From positions 295,987 through 359,986 of the forward strand of contig CAVPNL010000008.1 in assembly GCA_963706575.1 (NCBI GenBank): a stretch of 64,000 nucleotides of DNA. Reading direction: 5' to 3'. Under the pieces are notes generated by a model that was not told the origin of the DNA, ran no database searches, and saw only the letters and a program-made list of their open reading frames with translations. Both the position numbers and the translations under genes were made by a program. Positions within the stretch are counted from its first letter, which is position 1; every line of letters starts with the position of its first letter. Shown here piece after piece: positions 20,482 through 30,371 of the stretch. This DNA is from an uncultured delta proteobacterium. GTDB taxonomy: Bacteria; Desulfobacterota; Desulfobacteria; Desulfobacterales; JAHEIW01.

Positions 20482-21372
20482 TTGCAGAGCGAATTTCTCA
20501 TCTTTATGCAATTTTTTCTGACCGGACTTTCCATGGGTTCTATATATGCGCTGGTGGCATTAGGATTCGTATTGATTTACAAGTCCACGTCCATCTTAAA
20601 TCTGGCCCAGGGCGAGTTTCTCATGGTCGGGGCCTACATCTGCCTTTCGATGACGCTGGACTTCGGGCTCAATTTTATCGCATCTTTTTTGCTCACCATG
20701 GTCTTTTCGGTTATCCTTGGGCTGGTGGTTGAGCGTCTGGTGCTGCGACCGCTCATCGGCGAACCCATCATTTCGATTATTATGGTCACCCTCGGCCTCA
20801 CCTATATTTTAAGAGGTCTGGTCATCATGCTTTGGGGCAACGATATTCGCCAGTTTAATATCTTCCCCCAGCAACCGCTTGACCTCTGGGGGGTGAAGAT
20901 TGCCTATCTGTATATCTGGAGTCTTGGAATATCGCTGCTGCTGCTCACCTTTTTTGCGGTTTTTTTCAAGTACGCCCGCACCGGCGTATTTATGCGGGCC
21001 GTGGCAGACCATCAGACCGCTGCCCAGAGTATGGGAATCTCGGTTAAACGCGTATTTGCCATCAGCTGGTGTATTGCTGCGGTGGTTTCGTCCATCGGGG
21101 GCATCTTGATCGGCAATATCGGCGGCGTTGGCGTTGCACTGAGCCATATTGGGCTTAAAGTGCTGCCGGCGGTGATCTTCGGCGGTCTTGACAGTATCCT
21201 GGGGGCCATCATCGGCGGTCTGATTGTCGGTATTCTGGAATTTCTGTCAGCCGGGTATCTGGATCCTTATATCCCGGCTATCAATGAAGTATTTCCCTTT
21301 ATTGTGATGGTGCTGGTTTTGATGATTAAGCCCTATGGGCTATTTGGGATAGAGGAGATTGAAAGAGTTTAA
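20482..21372 (+). CDS. ABC transporter permease (LivH-like)
   Basis: GSIYALVALGFVLIY, NLAQGE, KPYGLFG; hydrophobic. Confidence 0.92.
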   Translation: MQSEFLIFMQFFLTGLSMGSIYALVALGFVLIYKSTSILNLAQGEFLMVGAYICLSMTLDFGLNFIASFLLTMVFSVILGLVVERLVLRPLIGEPIISIIMVTLGLTYILRGLVIMLWGNDIRQFNIFPQQPLDLWGVKIAYLYIWSLGISLLLLTFFAVFFKYARTGVFMRAVADHQTAAQSMGISVKRVFAISWCIAAVVSSIGGILIGNIGGVGVALSHIGLKVLPAVIFGGLDSILGAIIGGLIVGILEFLSAGYLDPYIPAINEVFPFIVMVLVLMIKPYGLFGIEEIERV

Positions 21373-21436
21373 AAGAATTCGGATTTCGGATTGCGGATTG
21401 ATAGTTTCAGAACAAAAAGATTGGAGTTAAGCGGCG

Positions 21437-22477
21437 ATGCCTGCTGGATTATACCACCAAAATTACCGCTCGGATGAGCGCATCTTTCAGACCTGGTTTG
21501 TCAGGAGCTGGTTGATCGCCTTTTTAATCGCCTGCGTGCTTTTTCCGCTTTTTGCATCTAAATACATGATTTCGACCACGATCGAAGTGGGCATCGCTAT
21601 CATTGCCTGTCACGGCTTGAATTTGCTGACCGGTTTTACCGGTCAGATTTCCCTGGGCCATGCGGCCTTTATGGGCGTGGGGGCATATACCAGCTCGATC
21701 CTTGTCAGCCACGGGGTACCCTTTAGCGTCTCCCTGGCTGGTGCCGGTGCAATGGCGGCTTTAATCGGCATGATTTTTGGCATTCCGTCGCTCCGATTAA
21801 GGGGGTTGTATCTGGCCATGGCCACCATTGCGGCCCAATTTATTATCGAGTTTACGATCCGCCGTTGGGATAAGCTGACCGGTGGTGTGGAAGGTATGTA
21901 TGTGGATCCGGGAACGCTGGGGCCGTTCCATTTCGATGATCGCATCCACCTGTATTATCTGACCTTCGTACTTGCCGTGGCGGTTACCATTGCGACCAAG
22001 AATATCATTCGGGCGCGGTCCGGCCGGGCGTTTGTGGCCATCCGCGATCGCTATCTGGCGGCTGAGGTTATCGGCGTCAACCTATTCAAGTACCGCCTGT
22101 TGTCTTTTGCGGTATCCTCTTTTTTTGCCGGTATTGCCGGCGCTCTGCTGGCTCAATATCTGGAGGTTATTACCCACGAGTCGTTTACGATCTCGCAGTC
22201 CATCGACTATCTGGCCATGTGCATCGTCGGCGGGCTGGGTCACCTACTGGGCGGTTTTTTCGGGGTCGGTTTTTGGTTTATTTTAGAAAGGATTCTGGAG
22301 GTAGTCACCACCACGCTCAATTCGGCCTATCCCGACCATGTGACCTGGTTTGTATCCATCAGGGAGATTGTTTTTGGGCTGGTCATTATATTGTTTTTAA
22401 TATTTGAACCGGACGGCCTGGCGGCCCGCTGGCGAACCATTCGGGCATACTGGAAGCTGTGGCCGTTCTCTTACTAA
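21437..22477 (+). CDS. ABC transporter permease (LivM-like)
   Basis: GFTGQISLGHAAF, LRLRGLYLAMAT, GRAFVAIRD. Confidence 0.92.
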   Translation: MPAGLYHQNYRSDERIFQTWFVRSWLIAFLIACVLFPLFASKYMISTTIEVGIAIIACHGLNLLTGFTGQISLGHAAFMGVGAYTSSILVSHGVPFSVSLAGAGAMAALIGMIFGIPSLRLRGLYLAMATIAAQFIIEFTIRRWDKLTGGVEGMYVDPGTLGPFHFDDRIHLYYLTFVLAVAVTIATKNIIRARSGRAFVAIRDRYLAAEVIGVNLFKYRLLSFAVSSFFAGIAGALLAQYLEVITHESFTISQSIDYLAMCIVGGLGHLLGGFFGVGFWFILERILEVVTTTLNSAYPDHVTWFVSIREIVFGLVIILFLIFEPDGLAARWRTIRAYWKLWPFSY

Positions 22478-22496
22478 AGAAAAGGAGGGTAAAATC

Positions 22497-23702
22497 ATGA
22501 AAAAATGGATCATTGGATTTACCATATCGGTATTTTTCCTGGCCATGTTTTTGGGGGTCAGTTCGGGAAATGCCCGTGCCGCCGAGGAGATCAAGTGGGG
22601 CGTACTAATTGACCTATCGGGCCCGACCTCGGACTGGGGTAAAAACCAGGTCAAGGGACAGTTGGATGCCATGCGCTGGGTCAATGAGAATGGCGGCATC
22701 AACGGCAAGCAACTGAAGCTGATTGTCATTGATGACGGTTACAAGGTCCCGCGCGGAGTGGCCGGTTACAACCGGCTGGTGGATTCGGAAAAGGTCATCG
22801 GCCTTTACATTCAATCCACCGGTACCACCATGACCCTTATAAAAAAGATTATCGCAGACGGTGTTGCCACGATCGCGGCCTCTTTTACTTCAAAATTTCA
22901 AAATCCTAAAAAGACACCCTTTAGTTTTTTCGTTTCTCCTTCTTATGGGACAATGGGGCGTATCTCGCTGAAGTGGATCCGGACGACATGGAAAGACAGC
23001 AGCCGCAATCCCAGGATCTGCTTTCTGTATCCGGATAACAAATACGGACAGGATATTTTAGATGTTTGTAAAGACTATGCCAAAAAAATCGGCGTGGATG
23101 TGGGTCCGGATCAGGTCATCAATTGGCCCACCAAGGATGCCACAGTTCAATTAACCAATATGAGTCGCTATGATCCTGATTATGCATATATTACTTCAAC
23201 GGCCATGAATGGCGCCGTCATTCTGAAGAACGCGAAGGCTTTGGGACTCAGGACCAAGTTTATTTCCAATATTCGTAATTTTGAGGAAACCCTTATCCCG
23301 CTTAGCGGTGGAGCTGCCAACGGGAGTTATGGTGTTCATCCCATTGCCCCTTATGGAGCGCCGGTACCCGGAATGAAAAAGGTGGTCGCGTCCCACGAGA
23401 ATTGGCATTCGGGGGAAAAGGGCACCAACGTTTATGTGGAAGGCTGGGTGAACATCCTGGCTGTATCCGAAGCCTTGAAGTTGGCGGATAAAGCCGGTGA
23501 CCTGACGCCGTCCGGGATTCGGAATGCCTTTGAAACATTTAAAAATTTCAGTACCGGTGGACTGGCACCGCCGCTGACCTTTACCAGTACGGATCATCGT
23601 GCCAGTATGGCTGCTAAGATGTATGAGGTCAAAGGCAACAAGTTCATCGCCGTCTCCGACTGGATAGAGTTGCCCAGGGATATGGAGTACTTTGGCAAAT
23701 AA
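22497..23702 (+). CDS. ABC transporter substrate-binding protein (LivK / PBP type 1)
   Basis: Signal peptide from ATG 22497 after AAGGAGG; DLSGPT, NENGGINGK. Confidence 0.9.
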   Translation: MKKWIIGFTISVFFLAMFLGVSSGNARAAEEIKWGVLIDLSGPTSDWGKNQVKGQLDAMRWVNENGGINGKQLKLIVIDDGYKVPRGVAGYNRLVDSEKVIGLYIQSTGTTMTLIKKIIADGVATIAASFTSKFQNPKKTPFSFFVSPSYGTMGRISLKWIRTTWKDSSRNPRICFLYPDNKYGQDILDVCKDYAKKIGVDVGPDQVINWPTKDATVQLTNMSRYDPDYAYITSTAMNGAVILKNAKALGLRTKFISNIRNFEETLIPLSGGAANGSYGVHPIAPYGAPVPGMKKVVASHENWHSGEKGTNVYVEGWVNILAVSEALKLADKAGDLTPSGIRNAFETFKNFSTGGLAPPLTFTSTDHRASMAAKMYEVKGNKFIAVSDWIELPRDMEYFGK

Positions 23703-23813
23703 TTCATAAATGCCTGTTGTCAGTGGTCCGTTGTGAGTTGGGTGAGCAACGGGCCACAGGCAACGGACCACTATCGGCATCTTAATGCTATATTTTTTAA
23801 TCAAGGGAAACGT

Positions 23814-25392
23814 ATGCTCGAATTGAATCTACCCGGACGATTCAATGCCGCTGAATATTTTGTAGACCGCAATGTAGACGAAGGCCGCGGCGAACAAACG
23901 GCCATCCTTTTTGAGGATCAAGCGTATACCTATCGCCAGTTTCTCGAAAACGTCAACCGCATGGCCAATGTGCTGACCGGGCTGGGCGTCGGCATGGAAA
24001 AGCGCGTCATGCTCCTGCTGCGGGATACACCGCCAATGCTGTTTTCATTTTACGGGGCCATTAAAATCGGTGCGGTGCCGATACCGTCCAATATTCTGAT
24101 GAAGGCGCCGGATTTCCTCTACATGCTCAATGACAGCCGTGCCGCGGTTTTGATCGTCGATGCGGTATTTTTGCCGGAGGTTGAAAAGATCCTGGATCAG
24201 GCAGGTTTTTCTGAAGCAGGTTATTGTCTGCGGCGATGCGGATCATGAGCATCTGTCATTCGATGATCTTTTAGAAAAAGCCGATACAGACGTTAAAGCC
24301 GCTGAAACGACACCCGATGACACGGCCTTTTGGCTGTACAGTGGTCGCAATCCCGAAAAATTAATGGGCGCTGTTCATCACCACAGTCACATGGTCTATT
24401 GTGCGGAAGCTTACGCCAAAGGCATATTGAATATGACCGCCGAAGACCGGGCCATGGGATCTTTTCTCTTTTTTGCCTATGGTCTGGGAAATGGCGCTTA
24501 TTTCCCATTTGCCGTGGGGGCCACGACCATACTCATCAGTCACCCACCCAAACCGGAACTGTTTTATGAGGACCTCGTCAAATATAAGCCCACACTTTTT
24601 TTCACGGTTCCGACCCTGTTGGGCGTGCTGGCTGAATACAAAAATACGTGTCGCAGTGAGGGCAGGGAACTGCCGCCTATTGAAAGCCTGCGGGCGTGTA
24701 TTTCCTCTGCCGAGATTCTTTCACCGGAAATTTACCACCGATTCAAAGAAGAATTCGGTGTGGAAATATTGGATGGGACCGGCTCCACGGAAATTTGCCA
24801 TATTTTTCTTTCCAATCGATTTGGCGAAATCAAAGCCGGCAGCACCGGCAAGCTTGTCCCGGGTTATGAAGCACGATTGCTGGATGATGACGGGCAGCCG
24901 GTTAAATCCGGCCAGGTCGGCAACCTGATGATCAGCGGAGGCTCAATTGCCTCCGCTTACTGGAACCAGCGAGCAGAGACCAAACTGAATATGCAGGGCG
25001 AGTGGTTTGTTACCGGAGATCGCTATCTGGTGGATGAGGATGGGTTTTATTATTTCCGTGGCCGCAGCGATGATATGTTGCGCGTGGGCGGCAAATGGCT
25101 GGCGCCCCGGGAAGTTGAAAATACGCTGAACCAACATCCCGCAGTTGCAGAAAGTGCGGTGGTGGGGTACCAGGATGCCGAGGATCTGATTAAACCTTAT
25201 GCCTTTGTGGTTCTCAAATCCAAACAGGATGAATCCGCGGAACTTGAAGAAGAAATTAAACAGTTTGTGCGGGATCGAATTGCCACCTATAAATTTCCGC
25301 GCTGGATCGAATTTACCGATAAAATCCCAAAGACAGCCGGAGGTAAAATCCAGCGCTTTGTTTTGCAGGAGCGAGTAAAGGCAAGAGACTAA
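23814..25392 (+). pseudogene. Benzoate-CoA ligase family protein with a +1 frameshift at the T5 run 24206-24210 (pseudogene or sequencing indel)
   Basis: N-terminal half FNAAEYFVDRN, C-terminal half FFAYGLGN, DGTGSTEICHIFLSN, PKTAGGKIQR; deleting one T joins QAGF-LKQVIVC. Confidence 0.8.
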
Positions 25393-25394
25393 GC

Positions 25395-26189
25395 ATGCTC
25401 AACGTCAATAACATTGAAGTCATTTACGACGATGTGATCCTTGTGCTTAAGGGTCTTTCCCTCAATGTTCAAGAAGGCCAGATCGTTGCCCTGTTAGGTG
25501 CCAACGGGGCCGGGAAAACAACCACACTGAAGGCCATTTCAGGCCTTTTGAAGACGGAAGAGGGCGAGGTGACCGGCGGCTCGATTGAGTTCCTGGGGGA
25601 GCGAATTGACGGTAAAGAGCCCGAAAGAATAGTCAAGCTGGGCATCTTTCAGGTCATGGAAGGCCGCTGTGTTTTCGAAAACCTGAGCGTGCATGAAAAC
25701 CTGATTGCCGCAACCCGGACCCGCAAAAGCCGCCAGAAGATAAATGAACGTTACGATATGGTTTTCCATTATTTTCCGGCCCTCAAACCCCTGCGAAACA
25801 GATTGGCCGGCTACCTTTCCGGCGGGGAGCAGCAGATGCTGGTCATTGGCCGCGCCTTGATGGCCAGTACCCGGTTGATGATGCTGGACGAGCCCTCGCT
25901 AGGCTTAAGCCCCATCTTAGTTGCCGAAATTTTTAATATCTTAAAACGCTTAAATGAAGAGCAAAACATTACCATGCTGCTCGTTGAGCAAAATGCCCAT
26001 CTGGCGCTATCCATTGCAGAGCACGGTTATGTGATGGAAAACGGTAAAATTGTTCTGGATGACAGTGTTGACAAACTCAAGGAAAACGAAGATATCAAGA
26101 TGTTTTATTTAGGACTCACGGAAATGGGCACCAAGCGAAGCTACCGTGATGCCAAATTTTATAAGCGCAGAAAACGCTGGTTGACGTAA
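25395..26189 (+). CDS. ABC transporter ATP-binding protein (LivF-like)
   Basis: GANGAGKTT, LSGGEQQML, LDEPSLGL, EQNA. Confidence 0.93.
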   Translation: MLNVNNIEVIYDDVILVLKGLSLNVQEGQIVALLGANGAGKTTTLKAISGLLKTEEGEVTGGSIEFLGERIDGKEPERIVKLGIFQVMEGRCVFENLSVHENLIAATRTRKSRQKINERYDMVFHYFPALKPLRNRLAGYLSGGEQQMLVIGRALMASTRLMMLDEPSLGLSPILVAEIFNILKRLNEEQNITMLLVEQNAHLALSIAEHGYVMENGKIVLDDSVDKLKENEDIKMFYLGLTEMGTKRSYRDAKFYKRRKRWLT

Positions 26190-26354
26190 GAAAAAGACGA
26201 GCAGACATAATATTCCTAACCCGTACAAGCCGGAACCAAACAGGCTATCCATGCATTGACTACTGAAAACTGGTCGAGCTGAATCGAAACTGGAATGTTG
26301 GAATACTGGAATGCTGGAATATTGGGTTATAATTCGGAATAGGTCTATTTTTAA

Positions 26355-27377
26355 TTAAAATTCAGATATCAGCATCTTATTTATGTCTTCAGGGAATGCC
26401 ATGCACACCCCTTCATTGCCCAAATTGCGCAATGCCGCTACATCCGGTGTGCCCAGAGCCTCGTTAAAGTAGGTGCGCGGAGAAAAAACCAGATGAAAGC
26501 GGGTAAAATCATCTCCCGCAGCGCCCGGGTAAAAACTTACGTTAAAATTGTAAATTCCTGTCTTATCATAGGCTGCCATAAGGTTGTTTAATCCCTTGGC
26601 GAGGTCTGTTAGATCGTCGTCGGTTAGCTCCAGTGTACTGCTGGTATCATCTACGACGGCGACGACATCGCCGGCGACACCCAAAGGTGCAAACACCGTC
26701 ATCCAATTCGTGCGCCCAATTCTCCCCAAGAACCGATCCTTTCCGGTCTTTTCCGCCTTCACCAGATCATCCCAGTAATTGGTCCCCTCTTTTTTCATAT
26801 ACCTTTCGGCGGCCTGCAGTTCTATGCGCAGTTGATTGGGCGCATACGCGGTAGCGAAAACCTGGTAATGGGGGTGAATTACACTACTGCCGGAAGCCGG
26901 CATGTAGTTCCAGCTGACCAGATGGTAGACTGACTCCGGATGATTAACTTTGTTTACCTGCTGGAAAAATTTTAACGCCAGACGAAAACCGTCCGCTATA
27001 CGTTCGGGCTCAAAATCGGTCATCGGGATATAGTGCCGATCGCCTAAGGTGGCCACAGCGCCCAGTATGTCATAGGGAGCGATATTGGGAAACAGAACCT
27101 TATCGTCTAAAACGATACGTCCTTCGGGAACGATGTCTTCGGGAAAACAAGGGGTGATCTTCATCACCTTGTCCGGGCAAAACGGACATGTTTTTTCGGT
27201 TCCGGCGATCAGTTGATCAAGGTCCGGTTTTTTCCATTTTAAGGGCCTAAAATGACAGATGCGGGAGGTTCTGCCGGTGAGAGGATCCTTGCGGATTTCA
27301 CTGGGGATCTGTTTGGGCAGCATGTTGTTGCTGGGGTCGAGAATAACGGTTTTCCTTTCAATTGCTTCAAACTTCAT
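26355..27377 (-). CDS. Galactose-1-phosphate uridylyltransferase-like (GalT/HIT) protein
   Basis: RKDPLTG, CPFCP, SGSSVIHPHYQ. Confidence 0.8.
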   Translation of the reverse strand: MKFEAIERKTVILDPSNNMLPKQIPSEIRKDPLTGRTSRICHFRPLKWKKPDLDQLIAGTEKTCPFCPDKVMKITPCFPEDIVPEGRIVLDDKVLFPNIAPYDILGAVATLGDRHYIPMTDFEPERIADGFRLALKFFQQVNKVNHPESVYHLVSWNYMPASGSSVIHPHYQVFATAYAPNQLRIELQAAERYMKKEGTNYWDDLVKAEKTGKDRFLGRIGRTNWMTVFAPLGVAGDVVAVVDDTSSTLELTDDDLTDLAKGLNNLMAAYDKTGIYNFNVSFYPGAAGDDFTRFHLVFSPRTYFNEALGTPDVAALRNLGNEGVCMAFPEDINKMLISEF

Positions 27378-27555
27378 ACCGCCTCCTTTGAGTTTAATTT
27401 AGCCACAGGCCCGTCTTCGTCCAAGGCTCCGCCGCGGCAGGCTCCGCACAGACGAACACGGACCTTTTGGCTCCGCCTCCGGCGGACTCGACCAAAAAAT
27501 GTCACCCCGATTTTATCCCGACAACATCTTTGGGGGAAACAATTATCTGTGTTTT

Positions 27556-28206
27556 CTAAATTATGGATTTTAAGGCTTCGAGTGTATGCTCCGGGTCCGG
27601 TCTTACCGTATAATCCGCGTCAGTTTCTGCGTAGCGTATAACGGCTTCCCGGTCAATAATGAATCTGGCTGCCAGGGGCAATGTCCACGAATCGTCTCCA
27701 TTGTGTTTGGGCACATCAATGCCGAACTGCAGATAGATTTTTCTCAAATCTTCAGGAAGGGCATGAACCAGACCGAATTTTCGCGCCACCGCATTTCCGG
27801 GATCACTCAAAACTTCAAAGGTCAGTTTTTTTGCCTTGATCAGTGCGCGGCTGTGTTGCAAAAGCTGCGGGGAGATGGCGATCAATTCGGCTCCAGTGGA
27901 ATTGAATTCCTCTGATGAATTTTGCAGAGCTTCCAGCTCCAGGTTGCAATAGGGTCACCATTTGCCACGGTAAAATGTAAGCACCATCAATCGATCCGAA
28001 AGGATATCCGTTGATCGAATCCGTTCTCCGCTCGTATTCTCGAGTTCAAATTCCGGTGCTGTGTCTCCGACCGTTAGCACCTGATCTAAAATTCCTGAAT
28101 TGCGCAGGTCAGATGTCGCCCGGTGCATAATTTCTAAAGCTTCAGGAGGTGCCTTTTCTTCAAAACTGGCTTTAAGCTGATTCAGTTGGTCTTGTAGTGT
28201 CATCAT
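27556..28206 (-). CDS. Selenoprotein, peroxiredoxin-like AhpC/TSA family, UPYC motif
   Basis: ORFs 27955-28206 and 27556-27885 are in frame across one TGA (27957-27955): FYRGKW-U-PYCNLELEALQ; hairpin follows the UGA. Confidence 0.88.
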
Positions 28207-28544
28207 TTTATGTCCTTTGCAGTTTCGTCAGTTGCAGGAAAAAAACATGCAGAAAAGGTATGTACGACGATACAGAAGTCAATAGGCTCAAAAGAAAGGT
28301 GTCAGGTGTCGGGTCTGAAAACATAGGACTGAGGCATACCGAAATAGAAAAGGGCCAAAATGGTCGTGCCGGCTCATGACGGAAAACGACAGCTCATGGT
28401 CCCAGGAGGACAATTCATGACGGAAACCGACACGTCATGATGAAATAGTCGGCCGCCAAGCAGGCTTTTTTGCTCAGTCCCCAGTCCTCAGCACTCAGTC
28501 CTTATTTTTCCTGACACCTGAACACCCGACACCTGACACCTTTT

Positions 28545-29522
28545 CTATGAATCCAGAATCATTTTCATGGTGGGACCGTCGATGTTTCCGCCGCTGAGGA
28601 TGACCCCGACGCGGCCCTGTGATGTCACGCTGCGGCTTAATAGCGCTGCGACACCCAAGGCGCCTGAGGGTTCGACCACCAGCTTCATGCGGTAAAACAA
28701 AAATTTGACGGCTGCGATAATTGCTTCTTCGGAAACTGTTTTCATGTCATCGACATATTTTAATACCAGCGGAAAAGTGACCTGTTCGCCCAGAGAGGGT
28801 GTGCGGGTACCATCGGCGATTGTTGGTGGGTTTTTTACGGTATGAAGCGTTCCGGTTTGGAATGAACGGGTTGCGTCGTCAGCCAGTTCCGGTTCGATAC
28901 CGATCACGCGGCATCCAGGAGCCATATTTTTGGCTGCAATGGCAGATCCACTCAGCAAACCGCCGCCACCGCACGGCACCAGCAGCATATCCAGTGATTT
29001 GACTTTATCGAGCAGTTCTAAAGCCGCTGTTCCCTGGCCGGCAACGATATCGATATGGTCATAGGGCGGTATGAGCTTATACGCGTGCCGCTCCGCGAGG
29101 TCCTGCGAAATTTTTTCACGGGTGGTTTCTGCGGGGTCATATTCAATAATGGTGGCGCCGTATGCTTCAGTGGCAGCCCGTTTGGTGGCCGGTGCATCAT
29201 TTGGCATGACAATGGTTGTCTGTATGCCCAAAAGACGGCCGACCAGGGCAATAGCCTGGGCATGATTACCCGAAGAATGGGTGATGACCCCCCGCTGGCG
29301 GTCTTCTTCGGAAAGCTGGGCCATGGCGTTGTAAGCACCTCTGAATTTAAATGCACCGACCCGCTGATAATTTTCACATTTAAGATAAACCGCTGCGCCT
29401 GCCCGCGCGTCAAGGGTGCGCGAGGTCAAAACCGGAGTGACATGGGCCTGACCGCTAATCCGCATTTTTGCCGCCTGAATGCGATCAAACATATGGTCTG
29501 CATTTTTGGACATTGAAGGCAA
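28545..29522 (-). CDS. PLP-dependent threonine/serine dehydratase family (hydroxyaspartate ammonia-lyase / serine racemase-like)
   Basis: KCENYQRVGAFKFRGA, SSGNHAQ, PCGGGGL, EPSGA, SGGN. Confidence 0.92.
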   Translation of the reverse strand: MPSMSKNADHMFDRIQAAKMRISGQAHVTPVLTSRTLDARAGAAVYLKCENYQRVGAFKFRGAYNAMAQLSEEDRQRGVITHSSGNHAQAIALVGRLLGIQTTIVMPNDAPATKRAATEAYGATIIEYDPAETTREKISQDLAERHAYKLIPPYDHIDIVAGQGTAALELLDKVKSLDMLLVPCGGGGLLSGSAIAAKNMAPGCRVIGIEPELADDATRSFQTGTLHTVKNPPTIADGTRTPSLGEQVTFPLVLKYVDDMKTVSEEAIIAAVKFLFYRMKLVVEPSGALGVAALLSRSVTSQGRVGVILSGGNIDGPTMKMILDS

Positions 29523-29568
29523 TTACAGCTCCGTAAATTTGGGGAATAATAGCAGTTTTGGGATTGTA

Positions 29569-30150
29569 TTACCAGTCGGAAGGAGGCAATACTTCCCACG
29601 GGTAGCTGTCTTTAGCGACCCGTGCCCAGTAAAGGTTTCCCGAATTCCGCCAGGGATCCAGCACGATCCCCTTAAAGAAAGACTGTCCGTTGGCGGTTAT
29701 CACCACGCAGTTATGTTCGCGCAGCTCACTGCCGCGATATGCCACCCCCCAGTGGAGCTGTAAACTTTTTAAGTCAAGCGCCTGAAAGCGCTTCATAAGG
29801 TCTTCCGTCCAATGATAGCACAGGCCACGGTCTTTGACACCGAATACTACCAGCAGGTTGTGGGACATCGCCGGACGAACGAGTTGATATTCGTCAGCCA
29901 GCACCGCTGATTCCCGTACGGCTGTTTCAGCCAAAATCCGCGCTTCTGTTTTATCGATCGTCTCACCTAAGCCAATCAACTCCTGTTGAAGTTGCTTGAT
30001 CTTATCCCAATAGACTTGGACAGCTGATGGGGTGCCCGATGCTACCGGATTGGATGCACCGTTGCCGGGATAATAAACGTTTGCTTTGGCACAGCCGAGC
30101 AAACCGATGAGCAGGCAAATTGTTGTGACGAATTTAAATGTGGTTTTCAT
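29569..30150 (-). CDS. Putative lipoprotein
   Basis: Lipobox LLGC after ATG 30150; RGLCYHW, EHN, LDPWR motifs; longer ORF start lies in repeat DNA. Confidence 0.7.
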   Translation of the reverse strand: MKTTFKFVTTICLLIGLLGCAKANVYYPGNGASNPVASGTPSAVQVYWDKIKQLQQELIGLGETIDKTEARILAETAVRESAVLADEYQLVRPAMSHNLLVVFGVKDRGLCYHWTEDLMKRFQALDLKSLQLHWGVAYRGSELREHNCVVITANGQSFFKGIVLDPWRNSGNLYWARVAKDSYPWEVLPPSDW

Positions 30151-30166
30151 GTGTCCTATATGAAAA

Positions 30167-30303
30167 CTGGAGTAATGGAGTGTTGGAGTAAAATCAATTG
30201 CGGATTTTAGATTGCGGATTGCAGATTGAAATATCAAACACCGCACGTATTCAAAATCCGAAATCCGCAATCTGCATTCCGAAATCTTAAATACTCCACC
30301 ACT
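30167..30303. repeat. Nested palindrome: TGGAGTAA 8-mers outside, GCGGATT/AATCCGC 7-mers inside
   Basis: Direct reading of tandem units on opposite strands. Confidence 0.75.
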
Positions 30304-30371
30304 ACAAAGAAAGGTATATTCAAGTACAGGGTAATTTTAATTATCTAAGTAAGCTGTTAGATCCTGGGCTA

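Noticed and set aside
30150..30270. N-terminal extension of the lipoprotein and similar short ORFs over repeats (e.g. 32517-32805, 43326-43574, 45034-45252, 53066-53269)
   Set aside because: Translations of the 7-8 nt tandem repeats or antisense shadows, not credible proteins
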